Shown here: positions 24,001 through 37,900 of the stretch, one piece after another
How positions within the stretch are numbered: position 1 is the first letter of the stretch
How the letters are laid out: each line of letters starts with the position of its first letter
Source: Octopus bimaculoides
Taxonomy: Eukaryota
Length of the DNA stretch: 57,236 bases
Direction: 5' to 3'
NCBI RefSeq assembly: GCF_001194135.2
Contig: NC_068981.1
Coordinates: forward strand, 79,653,856 to 79,711,091
Notes under the pieces: generated by a model
Seen by the model: the letters and a program-made list of their open reading frames with translations, nothing else
Database searches by the model: none
What the model was told of the DNA's origin: nothing
Made by a program: the position numbers and the translations under genes

Positions 24001-27000
24001 TTTCTTTAACATAATGTTGTCTATATATGGGTATTAGTAATATTATTGCAAACACTGCTGTATAATCATAAAATATATTATAGTAGCAAGTTTATCTCTT
24101 CTCTATTTCATGTTCCATGCCTCATTGTCATCTTTGTTGTGTGACTAACATAGCAGCATGATATTTCCTTTCACATTATTTTATTCTAGACCCTCTAGTC
24201 AGTCAGCTTCTACTTACTCCTACTTATTCCTATTATTTCCAATTATATTCTATTATTATAGTTTGCTCAACTATTGTAGTTTTAAAAAAATAACTAGCTA
24301 TTGTTTCCTGGGTACAATAAAAACCAGCTTATTCAGTTTTCAGCTTAACTGTTTATCACTAGTACCATATGGCTTTCCATCTCAAAATTCAATTTGCCAT
24401 AAAACCTAATTTTCTTCAAATTTTAAAAATATATTTCCTTCAGACCATGACAAGAATATGCCATTAAGTGCTTTATACATGATTATTGAAGGAGATGGAT
24501 CTAATGACCACTTCAGCCGCTATGGTTGTACCCTTGTACGGGGAGATAATTCATGCACGATCTGCTTCGCATGATAAAAAATTTTATTACAAAAAACTGC
24601 CATTGAGACAAGAATAAATGGAAACAGTTTTTTGATAATTTGGTCAAAAGAATAATTAAATTTCTATGGCAGTGCAAATAATTATTTTGATACTACAAAA
24701 CAAGAAGGAAGATATATTTAGCACGTGCATGTTTTAAATTAGACAACTCCTATTCTGTTATATTTATTGTCATTTGAACTGTATAATCTGTAGCAATTTT
24801 CATTTCCGCTACTTTTTGTGTTACATATTCTATTTCCGTGCCAACAATATTAAATGAATTTATGAGTTATCAATGTTACTAAGCTACCTGCATTTAACTT
24901 TAGCTGCTATGTTCCTCCAAAATAAACTGAGCTAAATCCTGAAATAGATTTGTGTGTATGTGTGACAGTATGATAGTAAATTGATTAAATTTATTAAATT
25001 GAAATTGATAACAATTGAATGCATAATACTTCTCTTTTGGGAAATTTTAAGTTTGATTTGAGGATTGAACTTATATTTACAATGTGAGGCAGGAAGTTAC
25101 TTTCAGTATTTTAGAATGTTGATTGTTGTACATATGCAAGGGAGACATTACAGTTGAGAAAAAATGTGATGTGTTCTAGTTGGTGGTAGTCTACAGGATA
25201 AATTAGTTTCTGATCAAGTCTAATAGAATGCAAGGTAAATTCATGGTGGGGGGTATAAGACTTTGCCTATACCACTATTAAAATGAATATTAAACTAGTG
25301 CTGGGGGATAGAGGTGATATTAGTAGTAGTAATGATGATATCTTTCTTAAATTTTAACTATCAAAAATTTGTGCTGTTAAATTTTGTCAACTGTATTTCC
25401 TTTTACTAATTATTTTTTTACAGCTGTATCAATTCCCTGTTGCAGTGATTTTGGCCTCGACCTTCCTTCAACTGAAGGTTTGTATCATTTGTGTAGTATC
25501 TTAGTATATCATAATTAATTAAGTTTATTATGTCATTATTAAGAATTGAGTATATTTTAGAAATTAGTTCTTACTGCAGTGGAAATTTAAATTGACTAAC
25601 ATGATTTATATCTCATTCTTTCATTTACTTTTTCCTTTTCTTCTATTTAGAAGCTAAGTTTGTTTGTTTTTTTCTGTTTCATACATGTGTATCATCATCA
25701 TCATGATATTGTGTATATTAAATAAGAATTCTAGTAATAAAATGTTTGTTTATTTTTCCAGAATCAGTATCAAATCATAAGTTCAACAACACAGCTAATA
25801 ACAATAATGAATCTGGTAAATATATTTTACATTTAAAATCCTTCTGTTATTGTTGTTTAGGTTGTACAGTACAAAATAGATTCTGTCATTTAGGGCTTAC
25901 AAAGATTAAGGATGTGAGTCAAATCCACAATAAAAATTGTTATTAATTATATCTTTGGACACAACTAAATGGAAATTTAATTAATTGCTGCATGTCTTGA
26001 AGAAAGTGCACATACCTGTATACTAATCATCATCATCATCATCATCATCGTTTAACGTCCGCTTTCCATGCTAGCATGGGTTGGACGATTTGACTGAGGA
26101 CTGGTGCAACCGGATGGCTACACCAGGCTCCAATCTAATTTGGCAGAGTTTCTACAGCTGGATGCCCTTCCTAACGCCAACCACTCAGAGAGTGTAGTGG
26201 GTGCTTTTACGTGTCACAAAGAAATTAGAAAAGATTTTGTAATTACTTTTTAGGCTGATTACCATATCAGTCCACTTTGTTTCTAATTCTGAAAATTTGC
26301 TCTTTTCCTTTATCAATTTTTTTCTTCATTCTTATAGTAACTCTATATAATGCACATGTACATCAAAACCAATGCAGTTGTTACAATACACATAAATATT
26401 CTGTCAATATTTTAAAGATACCACCTGAGTGTCAGGCAAGACTTTGCTCAGCAACATAGCATACCTACTAACCTGTCTATCTTCTGTATCCTCTTGTCTC
26501 TTCTGTCTAGGTGACAAGACGTTCTGTTCCTCTGAACTGGCAAACAGTATCATTCTCATCTAAATTCTTTTGATGCACTTCTCTATTCTGTCTTGCTCTT
26601 CTAATGAGATACTAAACATTTACCTAGTTCTTCCCTCTTTAAAACAAGAATGGAATAGCAAAAAACTTTAGTGTCAGACTACAGTATTTCATTATTTCCT
26701 TTTTATCTAGGATCAATATTGTCCTTCAAAGGAATAAGTACCAGGCATGTATTAGGGATGTTTCAATTAACTTTACCTCTCCCCAGCATTTTTGTAGCCT
26801 ATTAGTAGTAGTGCTGTGCTCTTGTAAAAATGTTCTTAATATGTTATGTCTTTTTTTCTGTTCTATGTGAGATTTAAACAAGTTTTTTTTTTCTTTTATA
26901 GAAACTTGTTCTGTGAATCATAAAAAAGTACTGAACAATTCTATAAAAAAAGAGGAACCAGGTGGGTGATTTTATAGTTTATTGAAATTTTGTATAGTGA

Positions 27001-29824
27001 CTGGTGTAAGCACTATATTTTTTGCTTAATTTTATTAGTAAATTGTGTCACTAATTCGCATCTCTTTAACCTAGAAAAATGTTTTTCCTCCAACTTGATT
27101 AATTTCTATTTAATTATGATAATAATCCATAGTGGTAAGTAGCTTGCTTACCAACGACATAGTTCTGGGTTCAGTCCCACTTTGTGGCACCTTGGGCCGA
27201 CCAAAGCCTTGTGAGTGGATTTGGTAGATGGAAACTGAAAGAAGCACGTCGTATATATCTGTGTATGTGTGTCTGTGTTTGTCTCCCCAACATTGATTTA
27301 CAACCGATGCTGGTGTGTTTAGGTCCCCGTAACTTAGCGGTTCGGCAAAAGAGACCGATAGAATAAGTACTAGGCTTACATAGAATAAGTCCTGGTGTCA
27401 GTTTGCTCGACTAAGGGCGGTGCTCCAGCATGGCTGCAGTCAAATGACTGAAACAAATAAAAGAGAGTTATTTTGATGCTTACTATTCATTTTAATTTAC
27501 AACCAATTCTTTCATGTAGATTGTGGAGTGGTACCTGCTGAGAAGAACCATGTCAAGCGACGTAGCCTTCGTTATGTACTTTTCAGGGATGATTTTGTAA
27601 GTATTTCTTTTAATAACAAGTTTTTAAGTCTTGTGTTATGTAGAAATCCACCTCGTTACTTGTGTAGATAATCATGCAGAAGCTTGTTATTACCTATAGT
27701 TCATGCATCAACAACTTGTTAGAAGCTTCAAAAAAAAAAAGAGAACGATACATTGTTGTGTAACTGCAGGTTATGTCAGATTGTTACTGTTGATAGCGGT
27801 GGTAGCAGTGGGGTTATTTATTTTCATCCCTGCTGCCAGTAGTAGCTGTAGCAACCACTACTACAATTATTTCCAGCAAACTCTGCTTATAATCAGTTCT
27901 TACTTGATTAATTTTCGCAATTCTTGTTTATTCTCAGTCGTTATAACAGTGACATTCAGAGTAGACTTAACCCTTTCGTTACTATATTTCTGGCCAAAAT
28001 ACACTCCTCATGAGTTTCAATTAAATTCTAAAATAATCATGAATTTAGACTAGTCTCATTAAACACCTGTAACTTTTTTATTTATCAACATATTAATGTG
28101 ATATTTGGAACATAATTAAAGAAAGGGTTCTTAATCAATTCCATTGCATAATTTTTGTCTGAAAGTTCTCCACGTACTGGGGTACTGCTAGTGTCTCTCA
28201 CATGTAAATATTGGTTCAGCTTCACGAATCATACTCGTTCATAATACTGGAAATATATTCATCGCCAAAAGGTTCCTGATCACTCCAGTAATTTGTTATT
28301 CTGGGTAACTGTCTAATACCCATAATAATATTTNNNNNNNNNNNNNNNNNNNNNNNNNNNNNNNNNNNNNNNNNNNNNNNNNNNNNNNNNNNNNNNNNNN
28401 NNNNNNNNNNNNNNNNNNNNNNNNNNNNNNNNNNNNNNNNNNNNNNNNNNNNNNNNNNNNNNNNNNNNNNNNNNNNNNNNNNNNNNNNNNNNNNNNNNNN
28501 NNNNNNNNNNNNNNNNNNNNNNNNNNNNNNNNNNNNNNNNNNNNNNNNNNNNNNNNNNNNNNNNNNNNNNNNNNNNNNNNNNNNNNNNNNNNNNNNNNNN
28601 NNNNNNNNNNNNNNNNNNNNNNNNNNNNNNNNNNNNNNNNNNNNNNNNNNNNNNNNNNNNNNNNNNNNNNNNNNNNNNNNNNNNNNNNNNNNNNNNNNNN
28701 NNNNNNNNNNNNNNNNNNNNNNNNNNNNNNNNNNNNNNNNNNNNNNNNNNNNNNNNNNNNNNNNNNNNNNNNNNNNNNNNNNNNNNNNNNNNNNNNNNNN
28801 NNNNNNNNNNNNNNNNNNNNNNNNNNNNNATGTGCTTTTGTAGCTCATTCATTCTTTTCTTCGATATCTCCATATCTTCTGTTGAAAAACCTTCAAATTC
28901 GGAATCACTGCTTGATAGCATGAAACTCCTCTCCATCTTCAAAGTTGAAAAAAATTAACACTGCAAAAAATGTGGAAAAAAATCTTCCAAAATTCACTGA
29001 GTTCAAATATCACGCCAAATAATGTCAGAGACAATAACTCAACTGTTTGCAAAGTGAAATCAGGTGTTTTAACGAATGTACTGACAAGATTTGGGTTCAA
29101 ATATACATTTAAATAACAATGGGTACGCTCGGCCGGCTACGGCCGGGTTAGTCTTATGAATCAAAAAATTTTTCGGCCGGCTATGGCCGGGTTAGTAACG
29201 AAAGGGTTAATGGGTAAATAAACATAAAATGTCTATTATTAAGAAGTAAAATTGTTGAAGAGTATAGAGATAGGAAGGAAATATAAAAGTATATTAGGCA
29301 TATTTAAAGACTTCAGATAATGGGGCTGGTAATAATGTGTGTGTATGTATATGTATGTATATATATATATATATGTATATATATATTTGTATATATATAT
29401 ATATGTATGTATATATATATGTATATATATATATATATATGTGTGCGTATGTATATATACATGTATGTGTATGTATATATATATATATAAAGCAGTTGTA
29501 TACTGTCAACTTAATGTTACAGTCCCAATAAGGGAATCATTCTGCTGCTATTTAGCCCTAGGAAACTGGACCTCTTCCTGTCGGCCTTGACACATTTCCT
29601 GTGTCCTTATATTTGTGAGGGGGAAACAAGCACCCCACCCAGCCTAGTGTGCATTCAGGGACATGTTTCTGAGTCATTGCTTGTCATCAGCCTGAAGTAG
29701 CAACACCAGCTGGCTGAAGATGCTTTTCAAACCCTTGCAAGTATATATATTTTTAGTGAAAACACATTCGCTGATTACAAAAATTGGAAATGATCTAATT
29801 ATAAATCTCACAGAGAAAATTAAG

Positions 29825-29869
<45 letters not shown>

Positions 29870-31936
29870 TTGTTCCACACCCATGGAAGACTGACGTTAA
29901 ACAATGATGATGATACTTGCATTATATATCTGATTTGTAATACTTCTTATAATGTACATATTAAAATGTAATTTATTTGACTTAGCAGCATTTTGCAATG
30001 TATCTAAATCAGTACCTTCGTTATTTAATTTGTCTTTGTAAGACACTTTTGATTTGTTATCACTTAATTTCGTTTTTTATTGCAATGGTTTCTACTTGTG
30101 TAAGATACACACTCACACACACACATACATATACATTTTATTTTATAGGTATATGACAAGGATGCTGAATCTTTGATTAGTTCATTATCTGTGGAGATAG
30201 ATGATGAAGATATTGATATAGGTAAGATTTCAATATATGTTTCACAATTTAGCCTGCAATCTAGAGTGATGGCTACATTTTCATCCAGTGTAGGCATACA
30301 TGGACTTGACCCTCCAAAAGATTCTATAAGCAAATTTGTAATAATTAAACTATTGTTGGTAGTTTTGTTAGCTCTTGTATGCTTTATAATGTAAATAACT
30401 ATTTATTTGTTCAGTTTTATTCAGGAGTATTTTTTTCTCCAACTTGCACAAGAAAGGAATTACTTGTGAAAGATTTAGAATTTTACATTGAAGAATATAT
30501 TCTGTGTAGATTAGATACTTAATAATTTTGAAGTTTTATGTAAATAAATGCCTTCAGTAATTTCTTTGTATTAGATATGAAATTTGAGAAACTATAAATT
30601 TTTGTGAGTCATGTGGATTAATTGTACTGTTTCAGACAGATCCTTTCTTCAGCAAAGAAATGGTGCACTTCTCATTTCTTTTCGCCCAAAGCATTAGAAT
30701 TAAATTCTTCTTATGGCACAGAAATTTAATCAGTTTATGAACTTTGTCAACTGATTTCTACTGGCTTAGATCATAACAAGTTCCCTTCACTCTTCTAATA
30801 TGTATTAAAGCTTAGCTAACATAAGTGAAACCATTTTTTCTCTATTTACACATGTGACCATTATTTTTAATCATCTTGAATTTGGTTACCTTGGGACATC
30901 AAAATATCCCAGAAAATGAAAAAAATATCCTCTAAATTTATTTTCTGTTAACATATGAAGAGCTTAAAACATTTCATAAGCATTCTCAGATATTTCCTCT
31001 TCTGATATTTCTCAAACTTCAAATCTTTCTTATGTTAGTTTAAAGTTAGAGAAAATTACTAATTCAAATTGACTTCTTACTTTTACAGCATTCAAACTCA
31101 GTCAGGTGGACACCTATCGCCTTCGGTTACAAGAACGAGAACATAGGAAAAGATTGGCTCGTGACTATGGCTTATTTCAGATAAATGGGGGCAACAAATT
31201 TAAGTCCCAGTATGCTAAGAAGAAAACTACAAAACTTGACAGGTAAATATTGTCTTATTCTATTTATTTACTGTTAATTTTCAGTTTCATTTAAGATGAA
31301 CAATAGTTTTCTTTTTTTTTTATATTTGACTGTATTTATCCAACATACATTGCTTTATTGTTTTTCACAAAACTCCCTGACAAATCTAGAATCTAGCATT
31401 CATCTTAGAATACAAAAATATTGTTACAAAATTCTTTCTGATTGTTTCCTTGTTACTGTGGTTCAGGAAATAGAGAAGTTGAAAAAAAATCTGGGCAGGG
31501 CTGTGTTTTAAGAAGCTTGCTTTCCAACTACATGACTGAAACAAGTAAACTCTACTTTATTAATTTCTATTTCTTGAACTACTAAATTATGGAGCAAATA
31601 GCACACTAAGAAATTGAACTGGTTTTAGAGAAGTTTAGAAACATATTTAAATGGACAGATTCATGCAGGTATATATGACCAGCTTCTTAGCAATTTTCAT
31701 CAAACAAATTTGGCTTACATGGTATTGGTCAACCTAAGGCTATAGCTGGAGGCATATGCTCATAGTGCCATGCAGTGGAATTCAACCCAGAACCTCATGG
31801 TTGCAAATTAAACTTTGTAATCATGCAGCAATGTTAGCACCTATGTTGCATACTTTTATCAAACCAGATCAAATTCTTGCTGTTTTAGATAACTTTATAT
31901 TTTCTGAGAAACTTTCTGAATATCAACATAAATGTC

Positions 31937-31972
<36 letters not shown>

Positions 31973-34900
31973 GTTTAACGTCCGCTTTCCATGCTAGCAT
32001 GGGTTGGACGATTTGACTGAGGACTGGTGCAACCGGATGGCTACACCAGGCTCCAATCTAATTTGGCAGTTTCTACAGCTGGATGCCCTTCCTAACGCCA
32101 ACCACTCAGAGAGTCTTCTGGATATAAATATACTGTAGGTTATACCTTTCAGAATTGATCATCTAAACAACACATTCCTTTGTAGAATGCTACATATCTA
32201 TAGTAGGGAGTCTATGTGGTCATTCAGCCTGCTAGAAATAGCAGAACTTCATCAAATTATATTCCCTACTGTCTTGAAAAGGGGGAAGACAAATTAGAAA
32301 ATATGGTTCAAGATACAATGCCTAAAAATATGACATTGGTATTGATTGGAATGTGTTTATCATGAGTCTGTTCATCAAATTGTCAACATACCCACATAAA
32401 ATTTTTTAAATAGTAGGATGGGTGATGCACAATTTATAGTAAATATATTTTTATTAATGATTTGTTGACCAAATTAGTTGTTATAAAATTATGTAGTGTA
32501 AAACTGAATTGGGAGCCTCCCAACATGACATTAGTTTTAGTTGTTAATAGTAACTAAAGAACTAAATTGCTTCGATTATTTCAGTCCAAGAATATTTTCT
32601 TTACTTCCAAACCAATTTTCTCAAAATACAATGATTAAATGTTCAAGAAGTCTAATAGTTTTTTAGTCATTTAAAGAAAAAATTGAAATTTATAATTTCC
32701 CTTCATTATATTTTATTGATCTAAATAAATATTAATTTTTTTCTTTTCTTTTCTTTTCTTTTCTTGTTGAAGAGAGTTTCAAGAAAAATTACGTGTGTTT
32801 GCAAAATTTCACACATTCCAGGAACATGTGCAGTATTATGAAAGTTTAGCGCGTAAGTTGCCTTCATTGTTTGATGAGAGCAGTATAAAATATTTTAAAT
32901 AGACTGTTGTATTGGTTAGGTATTGTAAGGGGTTGTGGGTATACTTCACTAACCAGACTGCCACAAGATTTAAACATAAACCTCTTAAACAGTTATTTGC
33001 ATTGTGTCATTACACATGATTTATTTATACTTTTGTTTCACTCATTTTAGCTGAGAGAAGTAGATAGTAGATAAATTTGTTAGTCAAAGGAAGAATATTT
33101 GATCTTTCCAACTTGTAACTAGTGTGAGGAAATTAGTTGTAAAATATAGTATTACAGTGGCTAAAAGATAACAGCATGAAATTTTGTGCATATTCTCAGT
33201 ATTTCATTTCTTCATTGTGGCAATGGAAATCTTACAAAACTCTGTCATTTCTAAATTAACACAATTGTTAATTTAGCTCTTGAAATCCATTCTAGATATA
33301 AAATAAAAATGTCAATTTTGCACCAACATAGCTTCAATCTTGGGCAAATGTTACATGCTCACAACACTTCATATCAACTGTCAACAATTAATATAATTAA
33401 AGAAGGGCACATCAGATAAAATTCATGAGATGGCCCATTAATGAGTGAAGAAGAACAGAAAACTTAAATCTAATTTTATTTAATTCTTTAATCTTATACT
33501 TTACTGATTTATAGTTATACTTTTATTTTAAAGGTGAAAGAGACTTAAAAAGTCGAATTCGGGAATTATTCCGGTTCCGAAAGAATGGGTTGATGACTTT
33601 CGCAGGTTAGTATGTGCATGAGTTAAATTCTAATATTCAAAAAGTGTAATTGTGTCAGCAAGAATCAGAGGAAAGTGGATGATATTAGTGTACCATGAGA
33701 AGATGGGACTTGCAACATCCATTTTTTAGCTTACCTATGTATGATTTAGGTTGTTTGATTATTGTGTATTTGTTTTTTGTTTATGTTGATATTTAGTAAC
33801 TACTTCTGTGCAGCTAGTTTAACGTGTACACATCATCCTTTATTTAGCTTCCTTTTCCTTCTTAATATTTATTTGAATCAGGTTCTTTGATTAAATGTAA
33901 ATTGTTGGTTACTCTGACTCATCACTGGTAATTTCAGTCAGGTGTTTGACTGCTAAATTACTTGTAGTTATGGCCAAGAAACCTATCAATTCAATGTGTC
34001 TAGCGGGAAATAGACAGGTGCAGTGCACAAGCTGCAAACCATTATAATTAACAAATATTTTGTTGGGTAAAAGAGCAAATTTTTCTATGCGCCAGGAGAA
34101 GTTGCCAGAAAACCACTCAGCTCTGTCATTCTCTTCAAAACCTTGTAAATCCTTGGATTCAGTTAATTCTTTATCATGAAGTTGCGTTTTCTATGATGTA
34201 TCTTTTAGAACAGTTTTCTTTGTTTAATGCAACTAAGAAGCACATAGACAGGAATGTGACTTGTGTCTGTCAAAATATTTCTCTCCTATTTTTAAGTCAT
34301 ATCACTTCTATTTTTTTCTTTTTTTCTTTTTTTAGTGATTTCGAAGCGTTTAGTACTTCTAAGCAAAGCAATTTTTTTGTCTAGGGTTTTATAATTAATT
34401 CATTTAATTAATATGTATGATTATTTATGTTTATATATGTATCTTTGTTTTATATTGTTTTTGCAGAAGTTTTAGTGTTTAAAAATAAAAAATATAAAAG
34501 AGATAGAAGAAAAAATACCAACAAACGACTGGTGAGTAATATACTGTTTCTTTTATTATCCCACCCCACACCATTTTCCATTACTCAGCATTACATTCAT
34601 TATCATTATAATGATCTCTTCTTGTGTTTTTATAGCAGAGTAAAAACAGGTATTTTTCACTGAAATTTCTTTTCTTTATTATTATATAGTTATATTTGTA
34701 TTTCGTCATAAATGTTTTGTTTTCTGTTTCTTTCTCTCTCTCTCTTTCTTCTCACTCCCTTTCTTGCATCTAATTTATGTATAAAACATAGTAGAGTATA
34801 TTTCTCTTTCATTTTTTTTTTTTTGTATTTTTATTTCTAGTTTCAGAAACAATAAAAGAGAATAGGGAAGCAAGGAGAGAAAGGAAGAATTGGTAGCAGA

Positions 34901-37900
34901 GCAGCTAATGTAGATATTTATCACAAGCATAGTCTATAGCATTACATTATAATAGAGCTGAGAAATTAGAATTCAGTAAACAGCTACACATTTGTAGCAA
35001 CAAAATAAGTTGTAGATAGGAGGAGGGGAAACAAAAGTTGTGCAGCATATGATAATTACCCAAAAAACCCTACAGTTTGGAAGTAAACTTTGGTTGACTT
35101 AAGAATACTATTTAGATTTTATAAATTCTTATAAGTATCATTCTAAAAAAAAACAATTCTTACAAACAAGGACACCAGCATGACTGCATAGTTACGTTAT
35201 TCACTTGACAGTCATGTGGTTCTGCTCTGATCCCACCATGTAGCACTTTAGACAAGTATCATCTGCTGTCGCCCCAGGTTGGCTTGTACATGGAATTTGG
35301 TTGAAAGAAACTGACTGAAGACCAGTCACGTGTGTGTTTGATTATATCTTAAGTTTATATTAGCCAAGGATGTGAACATTGGGTGAAAAACCTGTGCTTT
35401 TTGAACAAAGCCTATCAAGTACTGCAGCTCCTTTTGTCACTGTTGCTATGAAAAACGCAGTTAATGAGTGTTTAGCCACCTATAAACAACAATATAGATT
35501 GTGATCTACAACAATAGTGATGAAAAATTGTTTAACTAAAATCATCATCATTTAACATCTATTTTTCCATGCTTGCATGGATCAGACGAATTTTGTTGAA
35601 GCAGATTTTCTGTGACTCAGTGCCTTTCCTTTCACCTACCTTCATCTGTTTCCAAGCAAGGTACTATTTCTCTGTGACCAGGGATGCCTTTCATGCCAGA
35701 CTGGAAACGAACAATATGTATAACAGTGATGCTTACTTGTGTCAAAACTTAATGTCAAGACAAGCACCCTTGTCTTGACATTATTGTCAAAAACTGTCAA
35801 GACAAGACAAATGCACACATGCACACAGACATATATGTCATGTATCTATATATAATATAGGCACTTCTTTCAGTTTCCATTTTCCATATCCACTCACAAG
35901 GCTTTTGTTAGCCTGTTGCTATAGTGGAAGGCACTTACCCAAGGTGCTGCACTTAAATTTATTTTTATTGAGTTGCTAGTGTTAATATTGTACTATTTGA
36001 TAATAAAAGTATATAATGTATTGCTTACAATAATATGGGTAAGATAGTTGTGAAACTGAATAATAGGAACTAGGCAGGAAGATGTCCATTAAGAGAAAAC
36101 TTGAAGCATGATGTTTAACCTTTTAGCATTCAGATTTCTTTGTCAAAAGTATTGCTTATTTATTCACATTATTTTGGATTAACCATGCATTATTTTGTAG
36201 CTTCAAGATTCCTATAGTGCGTTTGTATATTTTTAGAATGACATTGTAGGGTAGGTGTGATAGGTATCTAGATAGTTTTGACATAAAACAGGTAGAATAT
36301 TTGGGCCGAATATGGCCAAATTAAATGCTAAATAGTTAAAATTAAATTTGGAGAATTACAAATAGAAGAAGGAGGAAATTACTAAAGAATAATGACTAAA
36401 ATTGGCTAATGGGTTCCTACATATAAGGCCTAGTTTACTCATTAGGCTATATTTTCACAATATTAAGATATTTAGACTTAGATATATAGGGATATTTGTA
36501 ATGATGTATCTCTAATTCAGGATTAATAGTCTTAAGGTATAAAGTATTTCTGTGACAAGTATAAAATAATTAAGGCCAACTAAAGGATAAATTTCTGTTT
36601 AGTCAATTGTTACTCTCTGTTGAATTTATAGAGATAAGCATTTAGACATGACTTTCATTTTCATGGTTCTGCATTTGTATGCTTTTATTTTTGCTTTTTT
36701 AATTTACCCAACATCAATAATACTGCTGTACTTGGGATGCTTTGTGGTATCATTGATACCTGTATTGTCTGATCAAGAATTAACTCAATTTTTGTTTTTG
36801 TCTAGGACAGCCGTTTACAGGAAGGAGGGGAATCAATGGCTTCCGGAGAACTAAAGTAAGCTTCCTTGATACTTTTTAATATTCTGATGAATGCTTGATA
36901 GGAGTTGAAAGATAATATACCAATTGTTCTGTTGTGTCTGGGGAGAGTCATTTTCTTATCGTGCCTTAAAATACCAATTGTTATTTTTGTGTTCCATTTT
37001 AATAAATTTAATTAATAATGAGCAAGTGTAAAACTATCAGCTTGATACTTTAGGAAATTAATGCTTAATTTCACTCTTAATTCCACTCTTAACTCACAGA
37101 AATTCCCTAAAACTTAGAAAATTAAGAAAGATTCGATTGTGTGCAATCTTTTGTCTGTTTCAATACTAAAAGTTTACTTTGGAAGTTATCAAAGATTTGT
37201 TATTTGAAATGTTATTTAATACATGTAGTTGTTAAACTTAACTTCTTGTGATTATTAGTGTTTTAATAACAACAAAATTGTTGGAAGTGATAAAGAAACT
37301 AAAACTTTTATTCTGCTGTACTTGTCAAGACTTACACTACACACGGAGGGAACAAAAACTGTTTAAAGGACTTTTATGTCAATAAAAGTGTCATTCAGTG
37401 TAACAGTGCAACATATACAGTGAAGTTTGATATAAAAGTGATGCAGTTGATGTTTATTGTGAATCTTGTGATATAAACTGACTGCTTAGAAATTAGAGGT
37501 ATCAAGGAATTATGTCCCTAGATATAACATATATGAAGAATTGGAGTTGTAAACACTGCTTATGATTTGGACGTTTGTAAATATTGATAGGCTAAGTAAA
37601 AGTGTGTTTGAGATGTGACATCCTTGTCAGACCTCAATCAAAGATTGCAAAAGATATTTTAAAAAGTGTAACTAAAAGTCATGGTTATGTGGTATTACCA
37701 AGGTTGAGTCATCTCACCATTGTCACTTTGGTGCATCTATATTGAAGCATTGAGGATGAATGTACCTAACTTCATGAGCAACGAAGGTTGGTAATACATC
37801 TTGGTATATGTTTCTTTGTTACAGCCCAATAATATGTATTATTAAAAATATGTATTTATCCAATTCTGCCAAATTTGAATACTTAGTATGTTGCAATATA

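Noticed and set aside
24444-24574. Phase-1 open frame after a cttcag acceptor (DHDKNMPLS...)
   Set aside because: Only weak donors, it ends in a stop after 42 codons, and it has no Ada2 similarity.
26711-26737. Possible 27-nt phase-1 cassette exon
   Set aside because: Good acceptor but a poor donor (TAA|gtacca); no support.
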